The position numbers and the translations under genes were made by a program. DNA of 64,000 nucleotides from positions 9,314-73,313 of the forward strand of contig JBKOZJ010000039.1 in the NCBI GenBank assembly GCA_046725875.1, read 5' to 3'. Under the pieces are notes generated by a model. The model was not told where the DNA came from, did no database searches, and saw only the letters and a list, made by a program, of their open reading frames with translations. Below, one piece after another: positions 36,421-47,455 of the stretch. How positions within the stretch are numbered: position 1 is the stretch's first letter; each line of letters starts with the position of its first letter. The DNA comes from Actinomycetota bacterium (lineage in GTDB: Bacteria > Actinomycetota > Actinomycetes > JAKEEW01).

Positions 36421-36558
36421 GCGTCGGGCCAGAGCGGAGCGTGGTGCTCGGCCGCCCCTGGCGTAGATTGAGCGGCACCGCCATCGCCGTAGGTGCCACC
36501 GGTGATCCCGGATAGCGGTACCGCATGCCACCGTACTCGATCTCCCAAAGGCCCAGTG

Positions 36559-38232
36559 ATGCCCGACGCCAGGCCCCGAAGCCGCGAGGTGACCGACGGA
36601 TACGAGCGAGCCCCGGCCCGTGCGATGCTCCGCGCGGTCGGCATGCACGATGACGACTTTGCGAAGCCCCAGATCGGGGTTGCCTCGTCCTGGAACGAAA
36701 TCACTCCGTGCAACTTGCCGCTGGACCGGCTGGCGAAGGCCGCCAAGGAAGGCGTGCACCGCGCCGGCGGCTTCCCGCTCGAGTTCGGCACGATCTCGGT
36801 ATCGGACGGCATCTCAATGGGCCACGAGGGCATGCGCGCATCCCTGGTCTCCCGCGAGATCATCGCCGATTCGGTCGAGTGCGTCATGCACGCCGAACGC
36901 TTCGACGGCGCGGTGCTCCTCGCAGGCTGCGATAAGTCCGAACCTGGCATGCTCATGGCCGCGGCCCGGCTGGACGTCGCCGCCGTGTTTGTCTACGCGG
37001 GCTCGATCCTCCCCGGCCGGCTCGGCGACCGGGAGCTCACCATCGGCGACGTCTTCGAGGCCGTGGGCGCTCGGGCGGCCGGCCGCATCACTGAACGCGA
37101 GCTGACCGAGATCGAGCGGCACGCCTGCCCGGGGGAGGGCGCTTGCGGTGGCATGTTCACGGCGAACACCATGGCCAGCGCCGCCGAGGCGCTCGGCCTG
37201 GCCCTCCCGGGCTCCGCGGCCCCGCCAGGCCCGGACGAGCGCCGGGACCGCGCGGCCCGCGAGGCCGGAGCGGCCGTCGTGCGCCTGCTGGAGCGCGGCA
37301 TCACGGCCCGCCAGATCCTCACAAAGAAGGCCTTCGAGAATGCCATCGCGGTCGTGATGGCGCTAGGCGGCTCCACCAACGCCGTCCTCCACCTGCTCGC
37401 CATCGCGCACGAGGCGCAGGTCGACCTCACGCTCGACGACTTCAACCGGATTGGCGACGCAACCCCACACCTAGCAGACGTCAAGCCGTTCGGGCGCTAT
37501 GTGATGAACGACATCGACCGCGTCGGCGGCGTGCCGGTTGTCATGAAAGCCCTGCTCGATGCTGGCCTGATCCACGGCGACGCGCTCACCGTGACCGGCC
37601 GCACCATCGCAGAGAACCTGGCGGAGCTCACGCCGTCCGAGCCCGATGGGAAGATCATCCATGCCCTCGACAACCCCATCCACAAGACCGGCGGGCTGAC
37701 CATTTTGCGCGGGTCCCTCGCGCCAGAGGGCGCTGTGGTCAAGAGCGCAGGCCTCGAGAACGACGTGTTCGAGGGTCGGACGAAGGTATTCGACGACGAA
37801 AGGGACGCGATGGCCGCGCTCACCCACGGCCGGATCGAGGCGGGCGACGTCGTGGTGATCCGGCACGAGGGACCGGCAGGCGGACCTGGCATGCGGGAGA
37901 TGCTGGCGGTAACCGGAGCAATCAAGGGTGCCGGTCTCGGGAAGCATGTACTGCTGATCACCGACGGACGGTTCTCCGGAGCGACCACCGGCTTCTGCGT
38001 CGGCCACGTCGCGCCGGAGGCGGTCAGAGGCGGACCGATCGCGCTTGTCCACGATGGCGACCCGATCCGGCTAGATGCCCGCACTCGAAGGCTCGACCTG
38101 CTTGTCGACCCGGCGGAGCTGGAACGACGACGGATCACGTGGACATCGCCACCACCGCGCTACACAACCGGAGTGCTCGCGAAGTACGCCAAGCTCGTCG
38201 GCTCCCCCGCGACAGGAGCGGTCTGCACCTGA
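36559..38232 (+). CDS. ilvD: dihydroxy-acid dehydratase
   Basis: The track ORF is trimmed to [24 protein letters not shown], giving 557 aa. Carries CDKSEPG, the Fe-S Cys motifs, GHVAPEA and GGPIALV. Confidence 0.9.
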   Translation: MPDARPRSREVTDGYERAPARAMLRAVGMHDDDFAKPQIGVASSWNEITPCNLPLDRLAKAAKEGVHRAGGFPLEFGTISVSDGISMGHEGMRASLVSREIIADSVECVMHAERFDGAVLLAGCDKSEPGMLMAAARLDVAAVFVYAGSILPGRLGDRELTIGDVFEAVGARAAGRITERELTEIERHACPGEGACGGMFTANTMASAAEALGLALPGSAAPPGPDERRDRAAREAGAAVVRLLERGITARQILTKKAFENAIAVVMALGGSTNAVLHLLAIAHEAQVDLTLDDFNRIGDATPHLADVKPFGRYVMNDIDRVGGVPVVMKALLDAGLIHGDALTVTGRTIAENLAELTPSEPDGKIIHALDNPIHKTGGLTILRGSLAPEGAVVKSAGLENDVFEGRTKVFDDERDAMAALTHGRIEAGDVVVIRHEGPAGGPGMREMLAVTGAIKGAGLGKHVLLITDGRFSGATTGFCVGHVAPEAVRGGPIALVHDGDPIRLDARTRRLDLLVDPAELERRRITWTSPPPRYTTGVLAKYAKLVGSPATGAVCT

Positions 38233-38397
38233 CGTCGGGCCACATCCACCACCGCTGCGTCCGACTCAGCGCCTGACTGCCTGGCCGACCGGCCAGCCCG
38301 CCGACTGCGGTCGCGCCAACCAGCGGCGGTCTAAATCCTGAGACGGCCCGTAGCGTGTGCTTGACAGGCCGCGGCAGGGTGCGACAACGTCTGACCC

Positions 38398-38502
38398 CAT
38401 GCAGCACCGAATTCTCGTACTCTGTGGGCGCGCCGGCTGACCGACGAGCAGCAGCCGCGCGCGCGACCCCCACGTGCCCACCAGGGCCTGGGGGTTTTTG
38501 TT
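38398..38502 (+). promoter_or_regulatory. ilvB leader peptide ([13 protein letters not shown], 38398..38439) plus attenuator terminator hairpin and U-tract (38466..38502)
   Basis: A 13-codon ORF rich in the regulatory Ile-Leu-Val-Leu codons. It is followed by the GC-rich hairpin CCCCCACGTGCCCACCAGGGCCTGGGGG and TTTTTGTTT, 48 nt upstream of ilvB. A TTGACA -35-like hexamer sits at 38360. Confidence 0.6.
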
Positions 38503-38549
38503 TCCCATCTGCTCGCGAATCCCGAACTGACAGCAGCGAGGCGAGGACC

Positions 38550-40454
38550 ATGACGGACAGCCCGACCCAACGGGGGGTCCCACGCGCTCCGGAACCCCGA
38601 CCACCGGACCAGAGGTTCGCCGCGACCCCGTCCCCCGGCCGGCGAAGCGGGGGGGCCGGGGGATCGTCCACCCAGCAAGGACAGCGTGGGGTTCCGGGCG
38701 GGTCATCCGCTCAACCCACTGAGGTGACCGGGGCTCAGGCCCTGATCCGTGTCCTCGAGGCGGTCGGCGTGGACACCGTATTTGGCATTCCGGGCGGCGC
38801 CATTCTGCCCGCGTACGATCCTCTCCTCGACTCGACCAAGCTGGGTCACATCCTGGTGCGACACGAGCAGGGCGCGGGCCACGCCGCGGAGGGGTACGCG
38901 CAGGCAACCGGGCGGGTCGGCGTTTGCATGGCGACCAGCGGTTCGGGGGCGACCAATCTCGTGACGCCGCTCGCCGATGCCTACATGGACTCTGTGCCGA
39001 TCGTGGCAATCACCGGCCAGGTTCCCACCCCACTGATCGGGACTGACGGCTCCCAGGAAGCCGACATCCGGGGCATCTCGATGCCTGTAACGAAACACAG
39101 CTACCTCGTAACCGACGCTCGGGATATCGCGCGAACGGTCGCCGAGGCGTTTCACATTGCCGGAACCGGCCGGCCCGGACCCGTACTCGTCGACATCGCC
39201 AAGGACGCACTGCAGGCCAGAACGTCGTTCGAGTGGCCGGTACGGCTCGACCTGCCCGGCTACCGGCCGGTTAGCCGGCCACACGCAAAGCAGGTCCGCG
39301 AGGCGGCCAGAGTCATCGTCGAAGCGCGCCGCCCGGTCTTCTATGTCGGCGGTGGCGTGATCAAGTCCCGGGCCGCCGGCGAGCTGAGGGTCCTTGCCGA
39401 CCTCGTCGGTGCGCCGGTCGTGACGACGCTGATGGCGCGCGGCGTGTTCCCCGACAGCCACCCCCACCACCTCGGTATGCCGGGCATGCATGGCACCGTC
39501 GCCGCCGTCGGCGCCCTGCAGAAGGCCGACCTGATCGTGAGCCTCGGCGCCCGCTTCGATGATCGGGTGACCGGGCGCCTGGACAGCTTCGCGCCCGGCG
39601 CGCTGGTCGTACACGCCGACATCGACCCGGCCGAGATCTCGAAGAACCGCGTCGCCGACGTGCCGATTGTTGGCGACTGCCGGGAAGTGATCGCCGATCT
39701 CGTCCTCGCTGTCCAGGCCGAACACACCGCCGGCCGCCGCGGAGACTATGCGGAGTGGTGGCAGACACTGCGGGCCTGGCAGCAGACCTACCCGCCGGGG
39801 TACGAGACTCCCGCCGACGGCTCGCTCGCGCCGCAGTACGCGATCCAGCGGATCGGGGCGATCGCCGGGCCGGACGCGATCTACTGCGCCGGGGTCGGCC
39901 AGCACCAGATGTGGGCGGCGCAGTTCATCTCCTACGAGCGCCCGGGTAGCTTCATCAACTCCGGCGGCCTCGGCACGATGGGCTACGCGATCCCGGCGGC
40001 AATGGGTGCGAAGGTCGGCCGACCGGAAGCAATTGTGTGGGCGATCGATGGCGATGGCTGCTTCCAGATGACCAACCAGGAGCTCGCGACCTGCGCGCTC
40101 AACGGCATTCCGATCAAGGTCGCCGTCATCAACAACAACAGCCTGGGCATGGTCAGGCAGTGGCAGACGCTGTTCTATGGCACCCGCCACTCGAACACCG
40201 ATCTGCACACACAGCGCATCCCCGACTTCGTCAAGCTCGCGGAGGCAATGGGCTGCGTGGGCCTGCGCTGTGGGAAGGCTGCGGCTGTCGACGCCACGAT
40301 CGAGAGGGCCATGGCGATCGACGACAAACCTGTCGTCGTCGACTTCGTCGTACATCAGGACGCAATGGTCTGGCCGATGGTTCCGGCCGGCACCTCCAAT
40401 GACGACATCCAGGTCGCCAGGGGTCTCGCCCCCCAATGGGACCGGGAGGAGTAA
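38550..40454 (+). CDS. ilvB: acetolactate synthase large subunit
   Basis: The track ORF is trimmed to MTDSPTQRG after a GAGGA RBS, giving 634 aa. It carries the TPP-binding region [16 protein letters not shown] and the FAD/TPP-family core. Confidence 0.9.
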   Translation: MTDSPTQRGVPRAPEPRPPDQRFAATPSPGRRSGGAGGSSTQQGQRGVPGGSSAQPTEVTGAQALIRVLEAVGVDTVFGIPGGAILPAYDPLLDSTKLGHILVRHEQGAGHAAEGYAQATGRVGVCMATSGSGATNLVTPLADAYMDSVPIVAITGQVPTPLIGTDGSQEADIRGISMPVTKHSYLVTDARDIARTVAEAFHIAGTGRPGPVLVDIAKDALQARTSFEWPVRLDLPGYRPVSRPHAKQVREAARVIVEARRPVFYVGGGVIKSRAAGELRVLADLVGAPVVTTLMARGVFPDSHPHHLGMPGMHGTVAAVGALQKADLIVSLGARFDDRVTGRLDSFAPGALVVHADIDPAEISKNRVADVPIVGDCREVIADLVLAVQAEHTAGRRGDYAEWWQTLRAWQQTYPPGYETPADGSLAPQYAIQRIGAIAGPDAIYCAGVGQHQMWAAQFISYERPGSFINSGGLGTMGYAIPAAMGAKVGRPEAIVWAIDGDGCFQMTNQELATCALNGIPIKVAVINNNSLGMVRQWQTLFYGTRHSNTDLHTQRIPDFVKLAEAMGCVGLRCGKAAAVDATIERAMAIDDKPVVVDFVVHQDAMVWPMVPAGTSNDDIQVARGLAPQWDREE

Positions 40455-40516
40455 GCGTGATCGGGTACGACCGCCGGGCGGGTCTCGGTTGGCCCGCTTG
40501 GCAGCGGAGGCGGTAG

Positions 40517-41035
40517 ATGAGCAGGCACACGCTGTCGGTCCTGGTCGAGAACAAGCCAGGAGTGCTCGCCCGGGTCGCCGGACTGTTTTCCCGGCGCGGC
40601 TTCAACATCGACTCGCTCGCGGTCGGGCCGACCGAACATCCCGAGGTTTCCCGGATGACGATCGTGGTGAACGTCGAGGACAGGCCGCTGGAGCAGGTAA
40701 CCAAGCAGCTCAACAAGCTGGTCAACGTGATTAAGATCGTGGAACTCGATCCGGCAACGTCGGTGCAGCGGGAGCTGCTGCTGGTAAAGGTCCGCGCCGA
40801 CCTCGACAGCCGCTCGCGCGTGCTCGAGACCGTACAACTGTTCCGCGCCAAGGTTGTCGATGTCGCTCCCGACGCGGTCACCGTGGAGGCGACGGGGAGC
40901 GCGGACAAGCTCGAAGCGCTGCTCCGGGTGCTCGAACCGTTCGGCATCAAAGAGCTCGTGCAGTCAGGCCTGGTCGCCATCAGCCGCGGCGGCCGCTCCC
41001 TTACCGATCGCGCGCTCCGCGCCGTCGCCAGCTAG
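40517..41035 (+). CDS. ilvN: acetolactate synthase small (regulatory) subunit
   Basis: 172 aa with the ACT domain sequence MSRHTLSVLVENKPGVLARVAGLFSRRGFNIDSLAV. Confidence 0.9.
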   Translation: MSRHTLSVLVENKPGVLARVAGLFSRRGFNIDSLAVGPTEHPEVSRMTIVVNVEDRPLEQVTKQLNKLVNVIKIVELDPATSVQRELLLVKVRADLDSRSRVLETVQLFRAKVVDVAPDAVTVEATGSADKLEALLRVLEPFGIKELVQSGLVAISRGGRSLTDRALRAVAS

Positions 41036-41039
41036 CCGG

Positions 41040-41086
41040 ATGAATGTGCCGTTCGCTCGATAGGTTCGCGCGAACGGCACATTCAT
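41040..41086. repeat. palindromic intergenic element, copy 3 of 3 (perfect 15-bp arms GAATGTGCCGTTCGC / GCGAACGGCACATTC)
   Basis: ATGAATGTGCCGTTCGCtcgataggttcgcGCGAACGGCACATTCAT lies 5 nt after the ilvN stop and 60 nt before ilvC. The spacer tcgaTaggttcg matches tcgaAaggttcg in copy 1. Confidence 0.5.
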
Positions 41087-41145
41087 CCCCGCTGGGTTGG
41101 TAACAACGGGCCATTCATGCGAAACAACACTCCAAGGAGCACCTT

Positions 41146-42135
41146 GTGGCGGAGCTGTTCTACGACGACGACGCGGACCTGGGCGTCGTCCAGTCCCGGC
41201 ACGTCGCGGTCCTCGGCTACGGCAGCCAGGGACACGCGCACGCGCTCTCGTTGCGTGACTCGGGCGTGGATGTTCGGGTGGGCCTGCCAGAGACCTCCAA
41301 GAGCCGGGCGGCCGCCGAGGAGGAGGGACTGCGCGTCCTCGCGCCGTACGAGGCGTGCGAAGAATCCGACCTGATCATGATCCTCGCGCCCGATCCGGTG
41401 CAGCGCTCGCTCTACGCCGAAGCAGTCGAGCCGAACCTTGTGGACGGCGAGGCGGTCTTCTTCGGACACGGCCTCAACATCCGGTTCGGGCTCATCAAGC
41501 CGCCGACCGGGGTGGACGTCTGCATGGTCGCACCGAAAGGGCCCGGGCACCTTGTTAGGCGGCAGTTCTCCGAGGGCAAGGGCGTGCCGGTCCTCGTTGC
41601 GGTCGAACAAGACGCCACTGGGAAGGCCTGGGACCTCGCCCTGTCGTACGCCAAGGGCATCGGCGGCACCCGGGCGGCCGCGATCAAGACGACGTTCACC
41701 GAGGAAACCGAGACCGATCTCTTCGGGGAGCAGGCGGTTCTTTGCGGCGGCCTGTCCGAGGTCATCAAGGCCGGTTTCGAGACGCTCGTCGCCGCCGGCT
41801 ATCAGCCTGAGGTCGCCTACTCCAAGTGCCTGCACGAGATGAAGCTGATCGTCGACCTCATTTATGAGGGCGGATTGTCCAAGATGTGGTGGTGTGTGTC
41901 GGACACCGCTGAGTACGGCGGCTATATCAGCGGCCCCCGGATCGTCACTGACGAGACGCGCGCCGAGATGCGGCGCATCCTGGCCGAGATCCGCGACGGG
42001 TCGTTCGCCCGGCGCTGGATCGAGGAGTACGACAGTGGGTCGCCAAACTTCGCTCGTATGCGCGAGACGGAACGCAACCGCGAGATCGAGCAGACCGGTG
42101 CCCAATTCCGCCCGATGATGAGCTGGATCGACTAG
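41146..42135 (+). CDS. ilvC: ketol-acid reductoisomerase
   Basis: 329 aa. Includes the Rossmann motif [21 protein letters not shown] and conserved C-terminal knotted-domain motifs. Confidence 0.9.
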   Translation: MAELFYDDDADLGVVQSRHVAVLGYGSQGHAHALSLRDSGVDVRVGLPETSKSRAAAEEEGLRVLAPYEACEESDLIMILAPDPVQRSLYAEAVEPNLVDGEAVFFGHGLNIRFGLIKPPTGVDVCMVAPKGPGHLVRRQFSEGKGVPVLVAVEQDATGKAWDLALSYAKGIGGTRAAAIKTTFTEETETDLFGEQAVLCGGLSEVIKAGFETLVAAGYQPEVAYSKCLHEMKLIVDLIYEGGLSKMWWCVSDTAEYGGYISGPRIVTDETRAEMRRILAEIRDGSFARRWIEEYDSGSPNFARMRETERNREIEQTGAQFRPMMSWID

Positions 42136-43185
42136 CCGCCGCTTGCGAAACAGAAACTCGTACAGGATCGCTTGTGCAAATGCCGCAATAAGGATGGCAA
42201 CGAATGAGTTGACCTCCAACTGTATGAGTTTCTGTCCCTCAACCGGCATCCCTCCAGCGTCAATTGAGCGTCGTCGCGATTAATCCGCTGGTCTGGGCAT
42301 ATTCGCGGGTCGGATGGACCCGTCGGGCGACTGCATGGGGTACTGCAGCTCGCGTGGTGGAACTCCTGCGTCCAGCGCCGCCGCTCGCGCGAAAGATTCG
42401 CCGATGGAGGCGCTGCGGCCGTCTGCTGCACGGAACACCTGTCGTACGAGAGCGGCGCCGGGGGCAAGCACCCGCAGGGCAAAGCCTTCAAGGGTGTCGC
42501 TATTTACGAGCTTGCGCCGCAACGCAGAGTCAGTCATCGCCAGTGACTCAGGGAACGGCATGGTCCGAGCGCAATGGGTTGAGAGTCCGTTCAACGTCGT
42601 CACGGGCCACGGGTTGTGCGTTGTCTGAATCAGCTCATGTCGCCGCATTCGGTGTACAACTGCGCTCGCCGGCGGCACCGGTCGATCATGTGCTATGGCC
42701 ACGAGGGAAACCGCGGGCTCGGCGAGTAAATCGAGACCCCAAGCTGGGCCGCCGAGACGTGGGACAGGTATCCGTTGAGCCTCACCGCTTCGAGGTAGTC
42801 CGTTCGAAGGCCGGGCAATGAGCAGGTTCCTCGACCAGCCGGACAATGAGTCCCAGCCGCAGATCACTGGCGAGGACATGACGAGTTATCCCGGCGGCTG
42901 CGAGCTGACATCAGCGCGCGGCACCTCCGTACGCCCGGACCACGTCGACCGCTCGCACATGAGAAGCATGCCGACCACACCCGCAAGCGCGGACCCGGCC
43001 GACACAGGCTGAGGTTATCCAGAGCTTTGGCCGCTGTAAGGACTCCCGCGGGCTGCGCACTAGACTGGCGGGCACGCCGTGCACACGGCGCGGTGTTCTC
43101 AGGCCGCGCCAGTTGTCGTGATCATCCCCAGAACCGTGTTGGCGGCCGTCCGGGCCGCTTAGAAGGGGACGAAAGGACCACAGCC

Positions 43186-44775
43186 GTGACCAAGCCTGTC
43201 GTGCTCGTCGCCGAGGAGCTCTCACCCGCAGGCGTCGCACTCCTCGAGGACGAGTACGAGGTCAGGAAGGTTGACGGGACCGACCGCAAAGCGCTGCTGG
43301 CCGAGCTCACGGCCGCGGACGCGTTGATCGTCCGCAGTGCAACTCGGGTCGACGGAGAGGTGATTGCGGCGGCGCCGAAACTTCGGGTGGTCGCCCGCGC
43401 CGGGGTCGGCCTCGACAACGTGGATGTGCCGGCCGCCACCCGAGCCGGTGTCATGGTCGTGAACGCGCCGCAGTCCAACATCGTGTCGGCGGCCGAGCAC
43501 ACAGTCGCCCTCCTCTTCGCTACGGCCCGGAATATCCCGGCCGCAGACAGTGCGCTCAAGCGAGGGGAGTGGCAACGGTCGAAGTTCACCGGGGTGGAGC
43601 TGCAGGAGAAGGTCGTCGGCATCGTTGGCCTCGGCCGGATCGGAGTACTCGTCGCGCAGCGCCTGGCCGGCTTCGGGGTCAAGCTCCTTGCCTATGACCC
43701 GTACATTCCGGCGGCCCGGGCCGCACAGCTCGGCGTACGCCTCGTACCCCTGGATGATCTGCTCACCGAGAGCGACTTCGTAACCATCCACCTGCCGAAG
43801 AACCACGAGACGATCGGACTCATCGGGGACGAGGCGTTGCAACACGTCAAGCCGACGGCCCGGATCATCAACGCCGCGCGCGGCGGCATCGTCGACGAGC
43901 ACGCTCTGGCCACGGCGCTGAAGGAGGGCCGAGTCGCCGGGGCCGGCGTGGACGTCTTTGCGAATGAACCGTGCACGGACAGCCCGCTGTTCGGCTTCGA
44001 CAACGTCGTTGTGACCCCACATCTCGGGGCGAGTACGCACGAAGCGCAGGAGAAGGCCGGAACATCGGTCGCCAAGTCGGTGATGCTCGCGCTCCGCGGC
44101 GAGCTGGTGCCAGACGCCGTGAATGTCCAGGGGGGCACGATTGCCGAGGACGTCCGACCTGGGCTGCCGCTGGCCGAGAAGCTCGGCCGGATCTTCACCG
44201 CGCTCGCGGGTGGCGTCGCGGCCCAGCTGGACGTCGAGGTCCGTGGTGAGATCACGCAGTACGACGTGAAGGTGCTCGAGCTCGCCGCGTTGAAGGGCGT
44301 GTTCACCGACGTCGTCGAGGAGTCGTCGGTGTCCTACGTGAACGCACCGCTGCTCGCCCAGGAGCGCGGCGTCGAGGTGCGGCTGACGACGAGCCCGGAA
44401 AGCCCGGACTACCGCAATCTCGTGACCGTTCGCGGGACCCTTCCCACCGGTCAGGTTGTGTCGGTCTCTGGGACGCTTTCCGGGCCAAGGCACGTCGAGA
44501 AGATTGTTGAGATCGACGGCTTCGACATCGATCTGGTGCCTACCGAGCACATGATGTTCTGCCGCTACGTGGACCGGCCGGGAATCGTCGGGATCGTTGG
44601 CCGGCATCTCGGCGACGCCAGCGTCAACATCGCGGGAATGCAGGTCAGCCGCGATACCCGCGGTGGCCATGCACTCCTCGGAATGACCGTCGACTCGGCA
44701 ATCCCGCCGGACGTTCTCGATGAGATCGTCCGGGAAATCGAGGCGGAGAACGCCCGCACCGTCGACCTCTCCTGA
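43186..44775 (+). CDS. serA: D-3-phosphoglycerate dehydrogenase (long form with ASB and ACT domains)
   Basis: The track ORF is trimmed to the GTG at 43186 (VTKPVVLVAEEL), giving 529 aa. It has the NAD-binding loop GIVGLGRIGVLVAQR, the catalytic region ARGGIVDE...HLGAST, and a C-terminal ACT domain. Confidence 0.9.
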   Translation: MTKPVVLVAEELSPAGVALLEDEYEVRKVDGTDRKALLAELTAADALIVRSATRVDGEVIAAAPKLRVVARAGVGLDNVDVPAATRAGVMVVNAPQSNIVSAAEHTVALLFATARNIPAADSALKRGEWQRSKFTGVELQEKVVGIVGLGRIGVLVAQRLAGFGVKLLAYDPYIPAARAAQLGVRLVPLDDLLTESDFVTIHLPKNHETIGLIGDEALQHVKPTARIINAARGGIVDEHALATALKEGRVAGAGVDVFANEPCTDSPLFGFDNVVVTPHLGASTHEAQEKAGTSVAKSVMLALRGELVPDAVNVQGGTIAEDVRPGLPLAEKLGRIFTALAGGVAAQLDVEVRGEITQYDVKVLELAALKGVFTDVVEESSVSYVNAPLLAQERGVEVRLTTSPESPDYRNLVTVRGTLPTGQVVSVSGTLSGPRHVEKIVEIDGFDIDLVPTEHMMFCRYVDRPGIVGIVGRHLGDASVNIAGMQVSRDTRGGHALLGMTVDSAIPPDVLDEIVREIEAENARTVDLS

Positions 44776-44824
44776 CGGCGACAGCCCCGATCCACGGTGA
44801 CGGACAGGCGCCGAGAGTCGCCGA

Positions 44825-45092
44825 TCAGTCGGTAATCCGCTTGGCCAGGCGGACCGTCACGGCGTCGCTGCCTCCTTTGGATGGCTCGGCGAACGTCGGC
44901 CCGCACAGGCAGCAGGTTGCTGCCATCGCCCATGGCCATGAAGCGAGCTCCGGAACCGGTGGCCGTCGATTGTCCCGCCGACCTTGACCAGTCCATGAGT
45001 CCCGAAATACCCGACGGACTCGGCCCAGACGATGTATGTCCAGCCGACCCGGTTCGGGCTCTTCTGGAGGATCGCGGTGAACTGTTTCTCCA
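44825..45092 (-). pseudogene. DUF1905-family gene disrupted by two frameshifts
   Basis: Family-typical sequence is spread over three minus-strand reading frames: MEKQFTAILQKSPNRVGWTYIVWAESVGYFGTHGLVKVGGTIDGHRFRSSL, then MAMGDGSNLLPVRADVRRA, then KGGSDAVTVRLAKRITD*. The frame switches are at about 44917 and 44864. Confidence 0.55.
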
Positions 45093-45194
45093 TCTGGACC
45101 ACCTTCCGATCGCGTCTACGGATGAGGAATGGGTGGGTCTTCGCATTGACGCGTTCGATGGTCGCGAGTTGTGTTCTGGAATAGACGATGCAAC

Positions 45195-46253
45195 TCACGA
45201 ACGATACGCCTCCTCGACCCGGACGTAGCCGTCGTCCTTCAGGGCGTGCAGGAACTCGCGGGCGTCGAAGATTTCGCCGGCTGTGCCGAGCCCGTTGCGT
45301 CGGTAGCGGCCCTCAAGCAGCCGCTCGACGGCCTCGACGACGATCGGCGCAGTTACCGCGTAGATGTCCTGGCCGTGAACGGTAAGACGCCGCGTCTCGT
45401 CGCCTCGGCGAACGACGACGTCGAGGCAGAAGACCTGCGCTGATCGACCCTGGGCGTCGGCGGCCCGCGGCGGCGGCGTATCCGGGTCCATCAGCTCGCG
45501 AACGGGCGCCAAGTTGAGGAACGCATCGATCTTGTTCTTTGCTAGGTGGCGCGCGATCGTGATGACATCCACGGTCGTAAGCTCGCCGACGACTTCCTGT
45601 CGTCCGAACGGCGGCGGGAACTCCCAATGCCCGGTCGGGATCGGGTCGTCGGCTGCACGAACGTGCAGGTGGCCGTCGACAAACGCGATACGCCGACCGG
45701 CGCGACGCTGGCCGGCCAAGCGCGTCCCGCGCGTCGGCTGCCAACTGTCGAGCGCAACCGCCAATGTCACTTCCTCGACAGTGTCCCAAGCGCCGGCCAG
45801 GGTCGTGGCCGCCAAGTCGCCGAGCGCACCGAAGAAGCCAAAGGCCGGGAGCACGACATGGCTGGCGTCACGGAAGGGCTCCTCGAACCGCTCGAACGTC
45901 TCCAGGGCGACGAGGATCTCTCCGGTCACGTCGATGTAGTGCACCCGGGCGCGCGCAGCTGCGTCGATCAAGGCTGGGGCCGACTCGGCGAACGGCCCGG
46001 CGCAGTTGACCACAACTGCACAACCGTCGATAGCCCGGTCGAGCGAGGCCGGATGACCGACCACAGCCACGTGGAACTCCGAGGCCCCGACATCAGCCGC
46101 GGCTGCTTCGACCCTGCTGGCGTCGCGTCCTGACAGCACAGGTCGCAGATCCCGTTTGACCAGTTCGGCGGCGACGAACTTCGCCGTATGACCGTATGCG
46201 CCGTAGACGGCCACACGCGCGTTCGACCCGAGTTGCTGCTCTGACGCTTCCAA
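45195..46253 (-). CDS. saccharopine dehydrogenase-like NAD(P)-binding protein
   Basis: 352 aa. Starts with the Rossmann region ARVAVYGAYGHTAKFVAAELVKRDLRPVLSGRD. Confidence 0.75.
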   Translation of the reverse strand: MEASEQQLGSNARVAVYGAYGHTAKFVAAELVKRDLRPVLSGRDASRVEAAAADVGASEFHVAVVGHPASLDRAIDGCAVVVNCAGPFAESAPALIDAAARARVHYIDVTGEILVALETFERFEEPFRDASHVVLPAFGFFGALGDLAATTLAGAWDTVEEVTLAVALDSWQPTRGTRLAGQRRAGRRIAFVDGHLHVRAADDPIPTGHWEFPPPFGRQEVVGELTTVDVITIARHLAKNKIDAFLNLAPVRELMDPDTPPPRAADAQGRSAQVFCLDVVVRRGDETRRLTVHGQDIYAVTAPIVVEAVERLLEGRYRRNGLGTAGEIFDAREFLHALKDDGYVRVEEAYRS

Positions 46254-46510
46254 GGATTACCTCCGTTGTTCGCTCTCGTGAGATGGCGCAATACGGACTC
46301 CAGCAGCCTTCGCGGGACGAGGATCACGGATAGCGACCTTGCTGCTGCTCAAACCCGAGCTCCGCGCGAGAGTCATGCTTGTGCCCCGGTGAGGGCCACC
46401 CACTGAGGAAAGGTAGTCCCGGTGCGAGCATGGATGCGGTCCAGGATGGTCCGATGGGCGCTCCGCCTGGCCGATGACCCGGGGATTGAGGGTTGGGGTG
46501 ATGGTCATGG

Positions 46511-46927
46511 TCATTCGTTGGACGATCGCCGTTCTTGCCCCTCGAGCGTTTTGCGAATGACCTCGATCCCGTGCTCCACCATGGGCACCGTGGCGTCAGC
46601 AGTCTCGTGAGGAAGGATGTCGGTCGTCCAGACGAAGCGGGTCCGGTTGCCGTCCTCTGGATGCAGCTCGACCGAGCCATTGTGGTGCGTCCACGGGCCA
46701 TCCAGGATCGTCCAGACCAAGCGCCGCTGCTCATCGCTGCGGCTGATCAGCCTCTCACGCACGACCGTCCCGTTGAAGAACGTAACGATGCGGTCCTCTC
46801 CCTCAAGTCGGGTGTCGGTGGCGAAGCCGGGTGCAAGGCGCTCGTGAAGTGCGCCGAAGTCTCGGACTACGTCCCAGACGTCCTCGATTGGGATGTCGAC
46901 CACTGCCTCCCGACGAATCGATGCCAT
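46511..46927 (-). CDS. SRPBCC (START/Bet v1-like, polyketide-cyclase-type) family protein
   Basis: 138 aa reading MASIRREAVVDIPIEDVWDVVRDFGALHERL..., a typical SRPBCC N-terminus. Confidence 0.7.
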   Translation of the reverse strand: MASIRREAVVDIPIEDVWDVVRDFGALHERLAPGFATDTRLEGEDRIVTFFNGTVVRERLISRSDEQRRLVWTILDGPWTHHNGSVELHPEDGNRTRFVWTTDILPHETADATVPMVEHGIEVIRKTLEGQERRSSNE

Positions 46928-46989
46928 GCGGTTTCTCCCTTCTCCGTCGTTGCGGCAGGCTCAAGCTTGACCGCCGCTCACCCCCATGT

Positions 46990-47190
46990 CTTGAAGCTTC
47001 TTGCGCGGCCCCTTTGATCGGGCAGGCCGCGCACGGGCAGGGCAGCAAGGTGCCGAGGTGTGTCGCCGTTGCTCTCCGGGTCACCCCGAAGACGGTCGAG
47101 GTCCATCTCTCGAGCGTCTACCGCAAGCTCGGGATCAGCTCCCGCTCGCAACTCCCGGCGTTACTCGCCGAACCGGCTCACACCTAAGCC
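46990..47190 (+). pseudogene. remnant of a LuxR-family regulator (C-terminal HTH only)
   Basis: Translation gives ...VAVALRVTPKTVEVHLSSVYRKLGISSRSQLPALLAEP, a LuxR/GerE-type HTH. No N-terminal domain is possible because the SRPBCC gene ends at 46927. Confidence 0.3.
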
Positions 47191-47455
47191 CGCTGCAGCG
47201 CACCCTGCCTTAGGGGTGTGCCGAACAAACATTTAGGGCCCGGTTCGGGGAGGTCCACGATGCGACGGGTCCCATACTCGAGGACCGTCGAACCGACGCT
47301 CATTCATCCCCGGATTCACCTCGAGATCGCTCGCCAACCGCACACGACAACTTCGAGCCGTCGTCGCCGCGTCGCGAGCCCGGCTGCAAACGACCGATGA
47401 GTTTCCGCGCGACGCCGGATCGTACGGCTACAGCTGAGAACGACTTCGGAGGCTG

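Noticed and set aside
42264-42879. Overlapping 185-aa (+) and 199-aa (−) ORFs between ilvC and serA
   Set aside because: Third-codon-position GC is only about 60-70% against roughly 90% in flanking genes, there are no motifs, and neither is supported over the other. They are left uncalled and the region is flagged as a finding instead.
38703-44670. Long minus-strand ORFs (38703..40436, 41083..42249, 43222..44670)
   Set aside because: They are antisense to ilvB, ilvC and serA respectively, and carry no motifs.
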